Part shown: positions 44,776-57,603 of the stretch, in pieces | Layout: every line of letters begins with the position of its first letter | Position numbering within the stretch: position 1 is the stretch's first letter | Assembly (NCBI RefSeq): GCF_009914755.1 | Contig: NC_060934.1 | DNA: 64,000 nucleotides | Source of the DNA: the human T2T-CHM13v2.0 reference genome, Homo sapiens | Direction: 5' to 3' (one strand) | Notes under the pieces: generated by a model | What the model was told of the DNA's origin: nothing | Database searches by the model: none | What the model saw: only the letters and a program-made list of their open reading frames with translations | Translations under genes and position numbers: made by a program

Positions 44776-45282
44776 TACATTAGTCAGGGTTCTCCAGAGA
44801 GGCAGAGTCAAGAGGGTATACATAGACATAGATGAGAGGGGATTTATTAGAGGAATTGGCTCATGTGATTATGGAGGCTGAAAAGTCCCTCAACAGGCCA
44901 TCTGCAAGCTGTAGACCCTGGGTTGCTGGAGCATGGCTCAGTTCAAGTCCAAAGGCTCAGAAACAAGGAAGCGAACTGAGTCCCAGACTGAAGGCCTGAG
45001 AACGTGAAAAGCAGCTAGTGCAAATTCTGGAGTCCAAGGGCAGGAGAAAAAGACTGTATCCCAGCTCCAGAAGGGAGAGAATATCTTTTTGTTCTATCTG
45101 GGCCCCCAGTGGACTGGATGATGTCTGTCCACATTGGGGGTGAATCTTCCCCACTCAGTCCACTGACTCACATGCCAATCTCCTCCGGAAATACCCTCCC
45201 AGATGCACCCAGAAATAATCCTTTACCAGTTCTCTAGGTCATCCTTAATCCAGTCAAGATGAACCCAAAACTAACCATCACA
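44776..45282 (-). mobile_element. MLT2 (ERVL) solo LTR
   Basis: ATTAGTCAGGGTTCTCCAGAGA...AATCCAGTCAAG...TAACCATCACA. Confidence 0.85.
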
Positions 45283-45437
45283 CTGGGCTTCTGCAGAACC
45301 TTTCCACTTATTACAATTGGAATCTTCCAGGGAACTTTTTAATAATACTCCTGATACCCAGGCTGCTACCCGGACCAACTAAATCAGGACCTCTAGATGA
45401 GGGAACAAATGACTGGTGCTTAAAAACTCCCTAGATG

Positions 45438-45739
45438 GGCTGGGCGCGGTGGCTCATGCCTGTAATCCCAGCATTTTGGGAGGCCGAGGCGGGCAGATCA
45501 CAAGGTCAGGAGCTTGAGACCATCCTGGCTAACACGGTGAAACCCCGTCTCTACTAAAAAATACAAAGAAAAAAAATTAGCCGGGCGTGGTGGCGGGCGC
45601 CTGTAGTCCCAGCTACTTGGGAGGCTCAGGCAGGAGAATGGCATGAACCCCGGAGGCGGAGTTTACAGTGAGTCGAGATAGCGCCACTGCACTCCAGCCT
45701 GGGCGAAAGAGCGAGACTCTGTCAAAAGAAAAAACAACA
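45438..45739 (+). mobile_element. AluY (CpG-rich)
   Basis: CCATCCTGGCTAACACGGTG; TSD AAAAACTCCCTAGATG. Confidence 0.93.
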
Positions 45740-46759
45740 AAAAACTCCCTAGATGTTTTCATGAGCAGCCAAAGTAAAGAACAACTGTTGCAGACACTTC
45801 TACTGTTGGATAGAGCACCGTGTAGTATAATTATTTGTCTGCCTTTCCTGTTAGAACAGGGTTCTTAATCTGCAATCTGTGGACCCCCCACAGGGATGAT
45901 CAGGGATCTGCAACCCAGAAAACATTAAGAATCATTCATCCCTAATCCAGGAGCAACTTGGGAATAAGGCTTGTGCTTTATTATTATAACCTCTGTGCTA
46001 ATACTTGGTAGTTATTCAATAATGCAACATTATTCAACAATAAACTGGACACCAGAGGACAGCATCTCAGGAGACATTGGACAGAAATTCTTTTGAGGAA
46101 AATGAGAATTAGGTCAAAAAACAAGCTCATAGTTTCACATACACAAAGTAAGAATATATACATAGATACATCTTTAAATATATATATATTTAAAGTCTCC
46201 TTGTATTTGATCATATATGCTTATTGTGCTGTTTGACTCCCACCAAACTAATTCTCTGAAAGTGTTCAATCCCTGAGGAATTAGTTTCTTGCAAATATAT
46301 TTGCAAGTTTCTTGCAAAAATGTTCTGTTGAGGTCAATACATTTTAAATTGATTTAAATATTCATTTATTTCCTTTTTGCTTCCACTTTATTAGGATAAT
46401 GAGAGTTGCAAAGAAGTTTTGAAGTGCTTTAAAATTCTTTCTACAACTAATCAACTGAGGTCTCACTATTGTAACTGGCACGGAATGCTGCACAAACTCA
46501 GAGATCAAACATGGTCACCTCTTTGGCATTTTAAAATTATTTGCTTGTAGGCCCCATCTACCTCACTAGTAGGAGGCAAGTATCTCCTTCCCTGAATTAT
46601 CCAAGATCCATGGGGAGAGTGGTGAGTAGGGGTCGGGGGCAGCTTACTTCAGCCAAAGAAGAAATCAGTTCAGCTTCCACACTCCTCCTCCCGAAGCAGA
46701 GAGTACCTGTATTAATCAAGCCTTTTTATTTGCTCTCTCTGTCTCTTGTGCGCTCTCTC

Positions 46760-46761
<2 letters not shown>

Positions 46762-46805
<44 letters not shown>

Positions 46806-46975
46806 GGTTTTTGTTTTTTTCAGCGACAGGATCTTGCTCTGTTGCCCAGGCTGGAGTGCAGTGGAGACATCATAAGAGTTTCGATATGTTGCTCAGGCTG
46901 TTCCCAAACTCCTGGCCTCAAGTGATTCTCCCACCTCTCAAAGCACTGGGATTACAGGTGTGAGCCACTTCTCTT
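46762..46975 (-). repeat. (GT)n microsatellite (46762-46801) at the tail of an internally deleted Alu
   Basis: GT repeat followed by Alu pieces TTGCTCTGTTGCCCAGGCTGGAGTGCAG and GGATTACAGGTGTGAGCCAC. Confidence 0.85.
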
Positions 46976-46979
46976 AGTC

Positions 46980-47530
46980 TTATTTTCTGTATTCTGAAGC
47001 TTTGACATCTGGGGTGTTGCTGATCCTGAAGAGGCTGCCCCTCCCTGACTTAGGGCTTAGGGCTGGGGTTTAGGGATCACTAATTCCTGGAGGCAGTACA
47101 GACTCCCCTGGAGAGTGCCTTTCATATGCAAATCAACCAACCCAGTGTCCACATACCCACCTCCTTTCACACTTGGGGCCTTCTGCTCTAATCACCCCAG
47201 GGCCAACTCCCAAACAATGAGAGATAGCCCCCTATGTATCAGAGCCAGCTGAAGTTATTCAAACTGTCCATCCTAAGCCTGCTTACCCTGCCTCACCTGC
47301 TTCTTCCTGCAGCAGGAATAAAGGCTCTTGCTCGAGTTTTCCCCTCCCTCCCTCTGCCTCCTGACCAACGCTGCTGCTTCCCAGTGTGCCCCTCCCACCA
47401 CACATACACTGTGGTATGGATCGTCCCCACCTCTTGGGAACTGTAACAAACTATCTTTTCAATGGCAGTCATCTCCTGATCTGTTGGCCTCATCAAACCT
47501 GAATAATAATAAAATCTACATTTTAAAACA
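46980..47530 (+). mobile_element. ERV LTR (MER77/MER21-like)
   Basis: GACATCTGGGG...TTCATATGCAAAT...GGAATAAAGGCTCTTGC; subfamily uncertain. Confidence 0.55.
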
Positions 47531-48011
47531 GTACTTGAGCCTACTGAGTCCACCAGCCAGTGGCTTCTTACTAAGTGCATCTGTGTTGAAAGCCAGTCTT
47601 ATAAAGTCCAAGTGGCCATGCTGGGCCCCCACTGTGATGATGTCAGTAAATTCTAGATCTCAACCAAGGCTGTAGGAAATCCTGGGGGCAGAGAGATCCC
47701 CTTCCTCAGTACCCAGCTCAGCCAAGAGTGCCCCACTCCTGGGCTCACAAGAGGGCAGATGCTCAGTGCTTTCAATTTACGCATCCAGGCACCTCCTGGG
47801 GGCAAGTCTGTCTAGGGGAAGACCAGGATCTGGCATCAGGCACCCTGGAGACCCATAGCTATCTTCTGATGAGACTGCCTTCAAATGATAAACTAATCCA
47901 GTCATTGGCCCTCCAAGGGAGTATTTTAGAGCTGTTCCTGGTACTTCTTTTGCTATAAAAAGAGAACCACTTCCCAAATTTACTCTAATTTCATATAGGC
48001 ATTTTAGAACT

Positions 48012-48436
48012 GTAAGGGGGAAAAAATAATTTTTCCTTCACCCTTCATGAGTTTTTAGCCAAGACTCTCTATAACAAAAGACAGATTAACAAGAGAAAAA
48101 CAAACAGAAATTTAATAATATGTACACCTTCTGTATACATGAGTGATAACCCAGAGAAATAAGTAAATCTCTAGAGTAGACCCCAAAGAAAGAGTTTAAA
48201 TTTCAGCCTTAAATACTATCATTCTCTGAAACAAACAATGAAGAGTATGGCCGTAAACACAGCAAGGTTTATTATGCAGATTTTGGTTGATGTCTTCTCC
48301 ATTGATTAAGGGTGTCTTGGCTGAGTGGTGGCTCAAGCCTATAATCCCAGCACTTTGGGAGGCCCAGGCAGGAGGATCATTTAAGCCCAGGAATTCAAGA
48401 CCAGCCAGGGTGACATAGTAAGACCCTATCTCTACA

Positions 48437-48475
<39 letters not shown>

Positions 48476-48732
48476 ATAAAAATAAAAGTAAAAAGTATGT
48501 TTAGAGATTTAGTCTTCCTGGTATGAGAGGGAAACACCCTCGCAAATGATGATTTCCTTTATAGACATAAATTTCTCTCACAAAAGGGTAACTTTTCAGA
48601 ACTTCACCTGTGTCTGCAGTTTCTCAAGATAACCAGCTCAAAATAATCTTATATCAAAAAGGCATATTTGGGAGTTGTAAATTCTGGTCTTTCGCAGTCC
48701 TGTATTGAGGTGGCATGCCCTGAGCCCCATCA
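48012..48732 (-). mobile_element. MER34-like ERV1 LTR with an Alu left monomer (48319-48490, +)
   Basis: AACAAAAGACAGATTAACAAGAGAAAA; CTCAAAATAATCTT...GGCATATTTG. Confidence 0.55.
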
Positions 48733-48816
48733 TAACTTATCAGAACACTTAATTTATGAAAAAAGAGTTTGTAAAATAACCTTTGTTTCTCCCCCGCTGG
48801 ATCCTTCTCTAGCCCT

Positions 48817-49945
48817 GTGAAGAGGTTCAAAACATATCACCTCAAAATATGCCACTTTGGCATATTGATTCTTTTGAGCTAAAAGAAATTGTGAACCAGT
48901 CAACGTGGGAAAAGCTCTTTACTTCTCCCCAACTAAAATAATGCACAAATGTCCTCTTTTGTAAAGGAAATTTACATTTATAAAGGATATCTTCATTAGT
49001 AAAGGTATCTGTAGGAAGAAGACAGCTACTCAGAGATGACTTTTATCACCTGAGAGACTTTTATCTGCATAGCAAGGCAACCACCATTCACCATACATTT
49101 CCTCCCCTCCCCTTCCTGTAATTTGCCTCCACCACCCTGCAGGAACCCCAAACCCTTATTCCTTTCTGTATCTCGGGGTGTAACTGTGATAGGTTCACTG
49201 TCTGATGTGCAGCAAGTCAACACATCAAATCCAGGTTGCAATAGAGAAACAGGTTCAATCACAGGGCCGCTGAATGAGGAGACAGTAGGAAACCTCAAAT
49301 CCATCTCCCTGAGGAGTTTGGGGCTAGGGATTTTAACTGTGAAGATCATTGATGGGTGAAAGTGTGCATGGGGGAAATTATGGGACAGGAAGATAAGCAA
49401 ATTGTATTCTCACGCTGATTCGGTTCTTCTGTGGGGATCTTCAAACGGTTGGCATCAGCTCTTCCACTGGAATTCAGGATCTGAAAAAACCTCTTAAGCA
49501 ATTCTTAAACACAAAGGCCTTATGACTCCAACATCAGAAATTCTATCTGTAAGAATAATGGGGATACAAATTAATTCTTAAAAGCCTTATGATTCTAACA
49601 TCAGAAATCCCACCTACAGCAACAGTGGGGATGCAAATGGTCATTATCTAGTGCTGTGCGACTTTCAGTTACCAGGAAGTGGGCCAGAGTACAGCCTGAT
49701 TAATGCTTAATTATAACAATGTTTCTGTCCAGAACGCTTGTTACCCTTGTGAGGACAGCTTCAAGGGTGATACATAAATCTCAATCATCTGGCTGCTCCT
49801 TTGAGTCTCATATTTTTGTGGGACTTCATGCATACATACATAATTAGAATTGGTTTTCTCCTGTTAAATCTCTTATGTCAATTTAATTCACAGACAAGCC
49901 AAATAACCTGGAAGGATAGAAGGAGCATTTTGCCTCTCCTGTAAT
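48817..49945 (+). mobile_element. MER34-like ERV1 LTR interrupted by a second ERV1 LTR (49179-49763, -)
   Basis: TGAAGAGGTTCAAAAC...CAAAATATGCCACTTTGGCATATTGATT; inner element TGTAAC...CTTCA. Confidence 0.6.
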
Positions 49946-50067
49946 TGAAAAACGTCCTTCTCCACAATCCCCACCCCCAGTTTCAGAAGCTCTCAAATCC
50001 AACCCCTTCTCTGCCTGTACCCCCTAGACCTCCAAGAGATACCCCAGTGCCACCTACTCCATCACTC

Positions 50068-51491
50068 TGAGAGGTGACACCGTGCTGGCAGCCCTTGCAG
50101 CCCTCACTCACTCTCGGCACTCTCTCCTCTGCCTGGGCTCCCACTTTGGTGGCACTTGAGGAGCCCTTCAGCCTGCCGCTGCGCTGTGGGAGCCCCTTCC
50201 TGGGTTGGCCAAAGCCGGAGCCGGCTCCCTCAGCTTGCAGGGAGGTGTGGAGGGAGAGGCGCGGGCGGGAACCAGGGCTGTGTGCACAGGGTGCTTGCAG
50301 GCCAGCTCTAGTTCCAGGTGGGCGTGGGCTCGGCGGCCCCACACTCGGAGCGGCCGGCAGGCCCCGCCTGCCCCGGGCAGTGAGGGGCTTAGCACCTGGG
50401 CCAGCAGCTGCTGTGCTCGACTTCTCGCTGAGCCTTAGCTGCCTCCCTCTGGGGCAGGGCTCGGGACCTGCAGCCCGCCTTGCCTGAGCCTCCCCCCCAC
50501 CCGCCGCCGTAGGCTCCTGAGCGGCCTGAGCCTCCCCGACGAGCACCGCCCCTGCTCCAAGGCGCCCAGTCCCATCGACCACCCAAGGGCTGAGAACTGC
50601 AGGCACAGGGCGCGGGATTGGCAGGCAGCTCCACCTGCGGCCCCAGTGTGGGAGCTACTGGGTGAAGCCAGCTGGGTTCCTGAGTCTGGTGGGGACTTGG
50701 AGAACCTTTATGTCTAGCTAAGGGATTATAAATACACCAATCGGCACTCTGTATCTAGCTCAAGGTTTGTAAACACACCAATCAGCACCCTGTGTCTAGC
50801 TCAGGGTTTGTGAATACACCAATCAACACTCTGTATCTAGCTACTCTGGCAGGGACTTGGAGAACCTTTGTATCCACACTCTGTATCTAGCTAATCTAGT
50901 GGGGACTGGGAACTTTTGTGTCTAGCTCAGGGATTGTAAACGCACCAATCAGCACCCTGTCAAAATGGGCCAATCAGCTCTCTGTAAAACAGACCAATTG
51001 GCTCTCTGTAAAATGGACCAATCAGCAGGATGTGGGTGGAGCCAGATAAGGGAATAAAAGCAGGCTGCCCGAGCCAGCAGTGGCAACCCACTGGGATCTC
51101 CTTCAACAGTGTGGAAGCTTTATTCTTTTGCTCTTTGTAGTAAGTGTTGCTGCTGCTCACTCTTTGGGTCCACACTGCTTTATGAGCTGTAACACTCAAC
51201 ACGGAAGTCTGCCTCACTTTTGAAGCCAGTGAGACCATGAACCCACTGGGAGGAAAGAACTCCAGACGCGTTGCCTTAAGAACTGTAACACTCACCGCGA
51301 AGGTCTGCAGGTTCACTCCTTGGCCAGCGAGACCACGAATCCACTAGAAAGAAGAAACTCTGAACACATCTGAACATCAGAAGGAATAAATTCTGGACAC
51401 GCCACCTTTAAGAACTGTAACAGTCACCGCGAGGGTCCACAGCTTCATCCTTGAAGTCAGTGAGACCAAGAACCCACCAATTCCGGACACA
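50068..51491 (+). mobile_element. LTR12 (LTR12C/E-like, ERV9) solo LTR, full length
   Basis: TGAGAGGTGAC...CCAATTCCGGACACA termini; GC/CpG-rich 5' half; tandem TGT(A/G)TCTAGCT/CCAATC repeats; U5 repeats GTAACACTCACCGCGAAGG; TSD ACTC/ACTG. Confidence 0.95.
50737..51059 (+). promoter_or_regulatory. LTR12 U3 promoter: seven CCAAT (NF-Y) boxes, GATA site, TATA-like AATAAAA
   Basis: CCAAT at 50737, 50778, 50819, 50945, 50970, 50994, 51018; AGATAAG 51044-51050; AATAAAA 51053-51059. Confidence 0.75.
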
Positions 51492-51569
51492 ACTGTAGTT
51501 CTCTTTCTCTATACCCTGGCTTATTTGGGGTTCTCCCAGACCTCAGAGCGTAGCTTTCAGAAAGGCGTA

Positions 51570-51800
51570 GGCTTGAGGCCAGGAGGACAAGACCAGCCTG
51601 GGCAATATAGTGAGACCCCATCTCTAAAAAAAAAAATTTTAAAAATAGTTGGGCATGTTGGTACACACTTGTAGTCCAAGCTTCTGGGAGGCTGAGGTGG
51701 GAGGATTGCTTTAACCCAGAAGTTTGAGACTGCAGTGAGCTATGCTCAGGCCACTGCTCTCCAGGCTGGGCACCAGAGCGAGACACTGTCTCTACAAAGA
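51570..51800 (+). mobile_element. 5'-truncated AluJ
   Basis: GACCAGCCTGGGCAATATAGTGAGACC...CCAGGCTGGGC. Confidence 0.85.
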
Positions 51801-52052
51801 AAATTTACGAAAGGCTTAGGAACCAGTGTCAACGCCCAGCACTAGAGTTTTAGAGGTGTGTAGGAAAGGAAAAAAAATATTTTTCCCCTACCCTTCTAGG
51901 TTTTCTAGTTGAGAGGGGCAGGTGCTGCTGCAAATTAGACTAACAAAGGAAAGACTAATGAGAAAAATAAAGTTTAATTAATGTGTACATCATGCATACT
52001 TGTGAGACAAACTCAAAAATGAGTAATTCAAAGAGGTGGTTAGAGCTTGGGG

Positions 52053-52368
52053 CTAGTCATTATTCTTAGCAAACTAACATAGGAACAGAAAACCAAACAC
52101 TTAGTTTTCTCACTTATAAGTGGGAGGTGAAGTGAACAATGAGAACACATGGACACAAGGAAGCGAACAATGCACACTGGGGCCTGTCGGGATTGCTGGG
52201 GAGAGCATCAGGATAAATAGCTAATGCATGTGGGACTTAATACCTAGGTGATGGGTTGGTAGGTGCAGCAAACCACCATGGCACACGTTTACCTATGTAA
52301 CAAATCTGCACATCCTGCACATGTATCCCGGAACTTAGAATAAAGTAAAATAAAATGTTTTTAAAAAA
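52053..52368 (+). mobile_element. L1PA 3' end, 5'-truncated
   Basis: TTCTCACTTATAAGTGGGAG...GCAGCAAACCACCATGGCACACGTTTACCTATGTAACAAA; TSD AGA(G/A)CTTGGGG. Confidence 0.9.
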
Positions 52369-52451
52369 AGAACTTGGGGTTTATATAGCATCTTAACAAA
52401 AGAACAAAACATTTGTAGAGATGTGACAAAACAAACAAAAAGGGGTTTTAG

Positions 52452-52808
<357 letters not shown>

Positions 52809-53044
52809 TTATGAAGAGTCTAATGGAAGATAAGGGTAGTTAGTAAGGTTTGTTTGGGTAGACTCTTCCTCAGTGCCATCTTGTTTCTGGGATAAGGTTG
52901 TTATCCCACTCCTGGTATGGGAAGTGGAGGCGGGGACAACTTCACAAGGGAAATTTATCTTCTTCTTTTGAAACCGGCCTAATTGTCCCATGGAAGTTAT
53001 ATTTATGAGGTTTTGAATAAACATAGAAGTTGACCCTCTCAGTC

Positions 53045-53348
<304 letters not shown>

Positions 53349-53407
53349 TAAAATTTGAAGCTTACATTTGTCTCATCTGAGCTTCTTCCTCAAGAAACCA
53401 ACCCTTT

Positions 53408-53737
53408 GGCTGGGCACATTGGCATGCACCTATAATCTTGGCATTTTGGGAGGCCAAAGTGGACAGATGGTTTGAGACCAGAAGTTTGAGACCAGCCTGG
53501 GTAACATGGTGAAACCCCATCTCTACCAAAAAAAAAAAAAAATACAAAAAGTTAGCCCAGCACAGTGGCAGGCACATGTAGATGTAATCCTAACTACTCG
53601 GGACTAAGGTTGGAGGATTGTTTGAGCCCGGGAGGTCAAGGCTGCAGTGAGCCATTATTTCATGCCATTGCATTCCCGTCCAGGCAACAGGGTGAGACCC
53701 TGTCTCAAAACAATAATAATTATAAAAATAAAAATAA
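53408..53737 (+). mobile_element. AluJ
   Basis: TSD AAGAAACCAACCCT. Confidence 0.9.
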
Positions 53738-55630
53738 AAGAAACCAACCCTCAGGCAAGGAACTGAAACTCATCAAATCACCACATTCAGACAATGAGAC
53801 CCCAGGACCCTCATCCATCACAATTGCTTCCTTATCCCTCCCTAATTCCTGTTTTCTTTGCGTTCCTCAGTATTTAAGTTCCCCAATTTTAGTCCATTGG
53901 AAGAGGGATTTGAGACTGTACCTCCTGTCATCCTAGCCTGCAGCACCTGATTAAAGTCTTCTTCTCTGGCAATTGACTCATTGTCACAGTGATTGGCATT
54001 CTGTGCAGTGAGCAGCAGGACCAGGACTGAACCCCTCATTTTTTGGTAACACTCTCAGGCATACAGGGAAGGACAGAGAGTTTACCCTGTGTCTGTTTTT
54101 CTCAGTTGTCTTCAGTTCAAAAGAATCCTTGTGCAGAGAGGCATATTTTGGGGTGGCAGACTCTGAACCCCTTCGAGGGCTTAGGCTGCTTTGAGGACCA
54201 CAGCAGTGATGTGGGTTAAAACTGGTTTTAAGTTGGATGGAGAACCCAGCCACCTTTTAAACAAACGTGTTTCTAGGACAAAGCGTGTCCCAGGTTCCAA
54301 ATAAGTGACATACAAGGGAACCTTCAGAAGACAGCACTGTCGGCAAGATGGTAACCCCTGTCTCTGCAGTCTCTAGTTAGTGGCAGAGGGTGCAGTGGAG
54401 TGAGTGCTGCCCTAGGAGAGTGGGATTCTAGTTCCAACTTCTACTCATCTCATCCAGAGCCTCAGATATCAATAAAAGGCATACCACTTTTAACATTTTC
54501 CTAACTAGAAATTGGGAGAATGAACCAGATTATCTCTTGTAATTCCAAAGATTATGGGAAATTAAAGTGAATTTCAAGAGGCTCATTTCCTGCTATGAAG
54601 AATTCCTGCTTTGAATGATTTATGGATTTTTGATGGCCGAGGTTGGGGGTGGTGGTTCCATGCTGACTTAAAGGACCCTCCTTCCCAGAGTGGTTTATTA
54701 ATTCAGGGATCAAAGCAGAAAGGAGAATCCGCACTGGGGTGGGTGGAAGGAAGCAAGTACTTGCCTGAGGGCTGGGCCCAAGAACCCAAAATTCACAAAG
54801 GGACTAGGAGTGCTTGTTAGTCTATGAATGGCTTAAATCAATTTGTTTTTTTGCTCTAGTATTTCCTGTTTCTCAAATCAAGAGCCCTAATGCATCTCAA
54901 TAGTTTCAAAGTAGCCATTTGCTTTCTTTCCAAAGAGCAGTCATTTACCGCCTGCAGGTTTGTATTAACATAAACTACGCAGACAGCTTTCTGTTCTAGC
55001 AAAAAGCCTCTCTATCGCTTAAGGCAATCAGACATTCTGCTTAAGAAAGGCAGAATTAATTAACTGCAGAAAATAAACTGACACTCTGCTCAGACACACT
55101 CTTGAAGGAAAATAATGCTGAATAGGTTTGTAACTCATTCATTTACACAATTTTTGATGTTTTAAAAAATTCGGAGAGCATTAAAAGTTCAGAGGTTGCA
55201 GTTTAATAAAAATTGCCTTGGGTAAGGTATTAAACATTGACACAAAATGAACATCATCTTTGTCCTGCGTTTATTACAAACATTCAAGCTGCTCCTGAGG
55301 ATTCGTTAAGGCACATTGAACAATTAAACTTCAAGGCTTATTTTCATCTTGCTAATTACCTCTTAATAGAAACTTTTTGTGATTGAGCTTCATTAGCCAG
55401 TTGGAAACCGGGCAGATTTGAAAGAAAACTGTTGTTTAAACAGATCGCTGGATTTGAGTCTACTCAGTGGTGTGACTTGGCAAAGGCCTGGAGATACTAG
55501 GAGAGACAGTGACAGGGAGCCTGGGATTAATAAAATCTGGCAAACAGAGCAGTGGTCTTGGAATGCAGAAGTCATAGGTTCAAGTTTCTGCTGGGTAGGA
55601 TAGGGTGATCAGTTAATTTATTGTTCAAAA

Positions 55631-56478
55631 TGATAGAGACAGGAGGCAGGGAAATTCTGGGCAGAAGAGGGCAGTCCCCAGTGAGGGGCCCAACCTCAGG
55701 CCTGGAACTGCAACCCAAAGCAAGAACATGCATTCCTGTTTTCCCGCTCAAATGTTGCCTTTTCCAAAACCATCCATGGCCCACCCCACCCCCCAATCCT
55801 GTGCCCATGAATACCCCAGGCTCTGCCAGAAGAGGGAGGAGAAGAGAAGCAGCAGGACGTCGGACACTACAATTGGACGTCAGAGAGAAGCAGCTTGACT
55901 TCAGAGGAACAGCTTGATGATGTAACTTCAGAGAAGAGTCTGGTCAGGATGGCTCGACTCTGGGGGAAGATTATCTTCCTGCTTCATCCCCTTTTCAGCT
56001 CCCCTTCCTGCTGAGAGCCACTTTCATTGGCAATAAAAGCCCCCACATTTACCATCTCCAATTTGTTCACAGGACTTCATTCCTCCTAGACGCCAGACAA
56101 GAACTCAGGTGTGGGTGAAAAAGCTGTCATGCTGACACTCCACTTAGCTGTAAACACTTAAGCCGTCTGTGGGTGGCAAAGCTAAAAAAGCATTGTTTTA
56201 GCACTCTTGTAACACTCTTTCTGGTGGTTGAGAGGTTCCAGGCACCCCCCAAGATGATGCCATGGGGCAGCACAGAGTTTTGCTCCTTCCAGCACCCGAA
56301 AGCACTTGTTCTGGCTCCTGCACCTGCTCACCTGTGCTCCCCCTCCTGTGAGGGTTGGAACACAGTGGGACCAAGTGAGTGGAGTTCACCCCTGCCAGCA
56401 CCGAAGCAGCCAGCTAATTCTAGCTCTCATGCACTCCAGTTCCCACCCACAGAGGGTCCACGGAAACTTTCTGTTTCA
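55631..56478 (+). mobile_element. LTR1/LTR27/LTR28-family ERV1 solo LTR
   Basis: TGATAGAGACAGGAGGCAGGGAAATTCTGGGCAGAAGAGGGC...CTGTTTCA. Confidence 0.75.
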
Positions 56479-56675
56479 AAACCCAGGTGCTAATGAGAGT
56501 GTTATGTTTAGCCTAAAGCTGCTCCCTTACATATTTTAAGTTCAGCCTAAAGTTTTCTCAGTACATAGTGAACTGTAACCTAACTGGATGTGTAAATAGA
56601 CTGTAACCTACTATTGGGGCTCAGAAAACAATGCACAAAAATGAAATCCTCAGCAGCAGCCTCAGAAACAAAAGT

Positions 56676-56978
56676 TTTTGTTTTCTTTTGTTTTTGAGAC
56701 AGGATCTTGCTCTGTCACCCATGCTGGAGTGCAGTGATGTGATCATGGCTTACTGCCCTCTCAACCTCCTGGTCTTAAGCGAACTTCCCAGCTCAGCCTC
56801 CTAAGTAGCTGGTACTATAGATGCATGCCACCACACCTAGCTAATTTTTAATTTTTTTGTAGAGATGAGGTTTTGCCATGTTGCCCAGGCTGGTCTCAAA
56901 CTTCTGGCCTCAAGCAACCCTCCTGCCTCTGCCTCCCAAAATGCTGGGATTACTGACATGAGCCACCAGCACCCAGCC
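56676..56978 (-). mobile_element. AluJ
   Basis: Alu arms. Confidence 0.9.
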
Positions 56979-57158
56979 CCAAAATTTTTCTATGACTTTC
57001 TCCTGCCTGCCCTCCTTTCTGTCAGTCCCATTCTCCCACAAGGCTAGCCATAGCAACTAAACTTCTTCTTCCCCAAGGTGGGTCATAGAAACCAGAAACC
57101 CTTTTCCCTTGAAGGCCAGTCATAAAACCTAAAAATACTCTATTTAAAACTGTCCATA

Positions 57159-57462
57159 GGCCTGGTGTGATGGCTCATACCTGTAATCCCAGAATTCTGG
57201 GATGCCAGGGTGGGCGGATCACTTGAGGTCAGGACTTTGAGACCAGCCTGGCCAATATGGTGAAACCCCATCTCTACTAAAAATACAGAAATTAGCCTGG
57301 CATGGTGGCATGCGCCTGTAGTCCCAGCTACTCAGGAGGCTGAGGCAGGAGAGTCGCTTGAACCTGGGAGGAGGAGGTTGCAGTGAGCCAAGATGCCCCA
57401 GTGCACTGCAGCCTGGGTGACAAAGTGAGACTCCGTCTCAAAATAAAAAACAAACAAACAAA
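57159..57462 (+). mobile_element. AluS
   Basis: Full Alu; TSD-like AAAACTG(T/G)CCATA. Confidence 0.9.
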
Positions 57463-57603
57463 AAAACTGGCCATAAAGAAATTATCTGATCCCCATTCCA
57501 GAGAAGAGTCCTGCCCCACATTCAGAAGAAAGGGGTGTGTGCTCAGAGAAGCCAAGAAGAATCTAGACAGGCAGGCCTTATTGGTTTTTCCCACTAAGTC
57601 TAT

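Noticed and set aside
49983-50634. 207-aa and 137-aa Pro/Gly/Ala-rich ORFs and a CpG-island-like stretch
   Set aside because: GC-rich U3 of LTR12; not a host gene or gene-associated CpG island
50700-51030. Repeat-spacer-like array resembling CRISPR
   Set aside because: These are the normal tandem enhancer repeats of LTR12; eukaryotic DNA, no unique spacers, no cas genes
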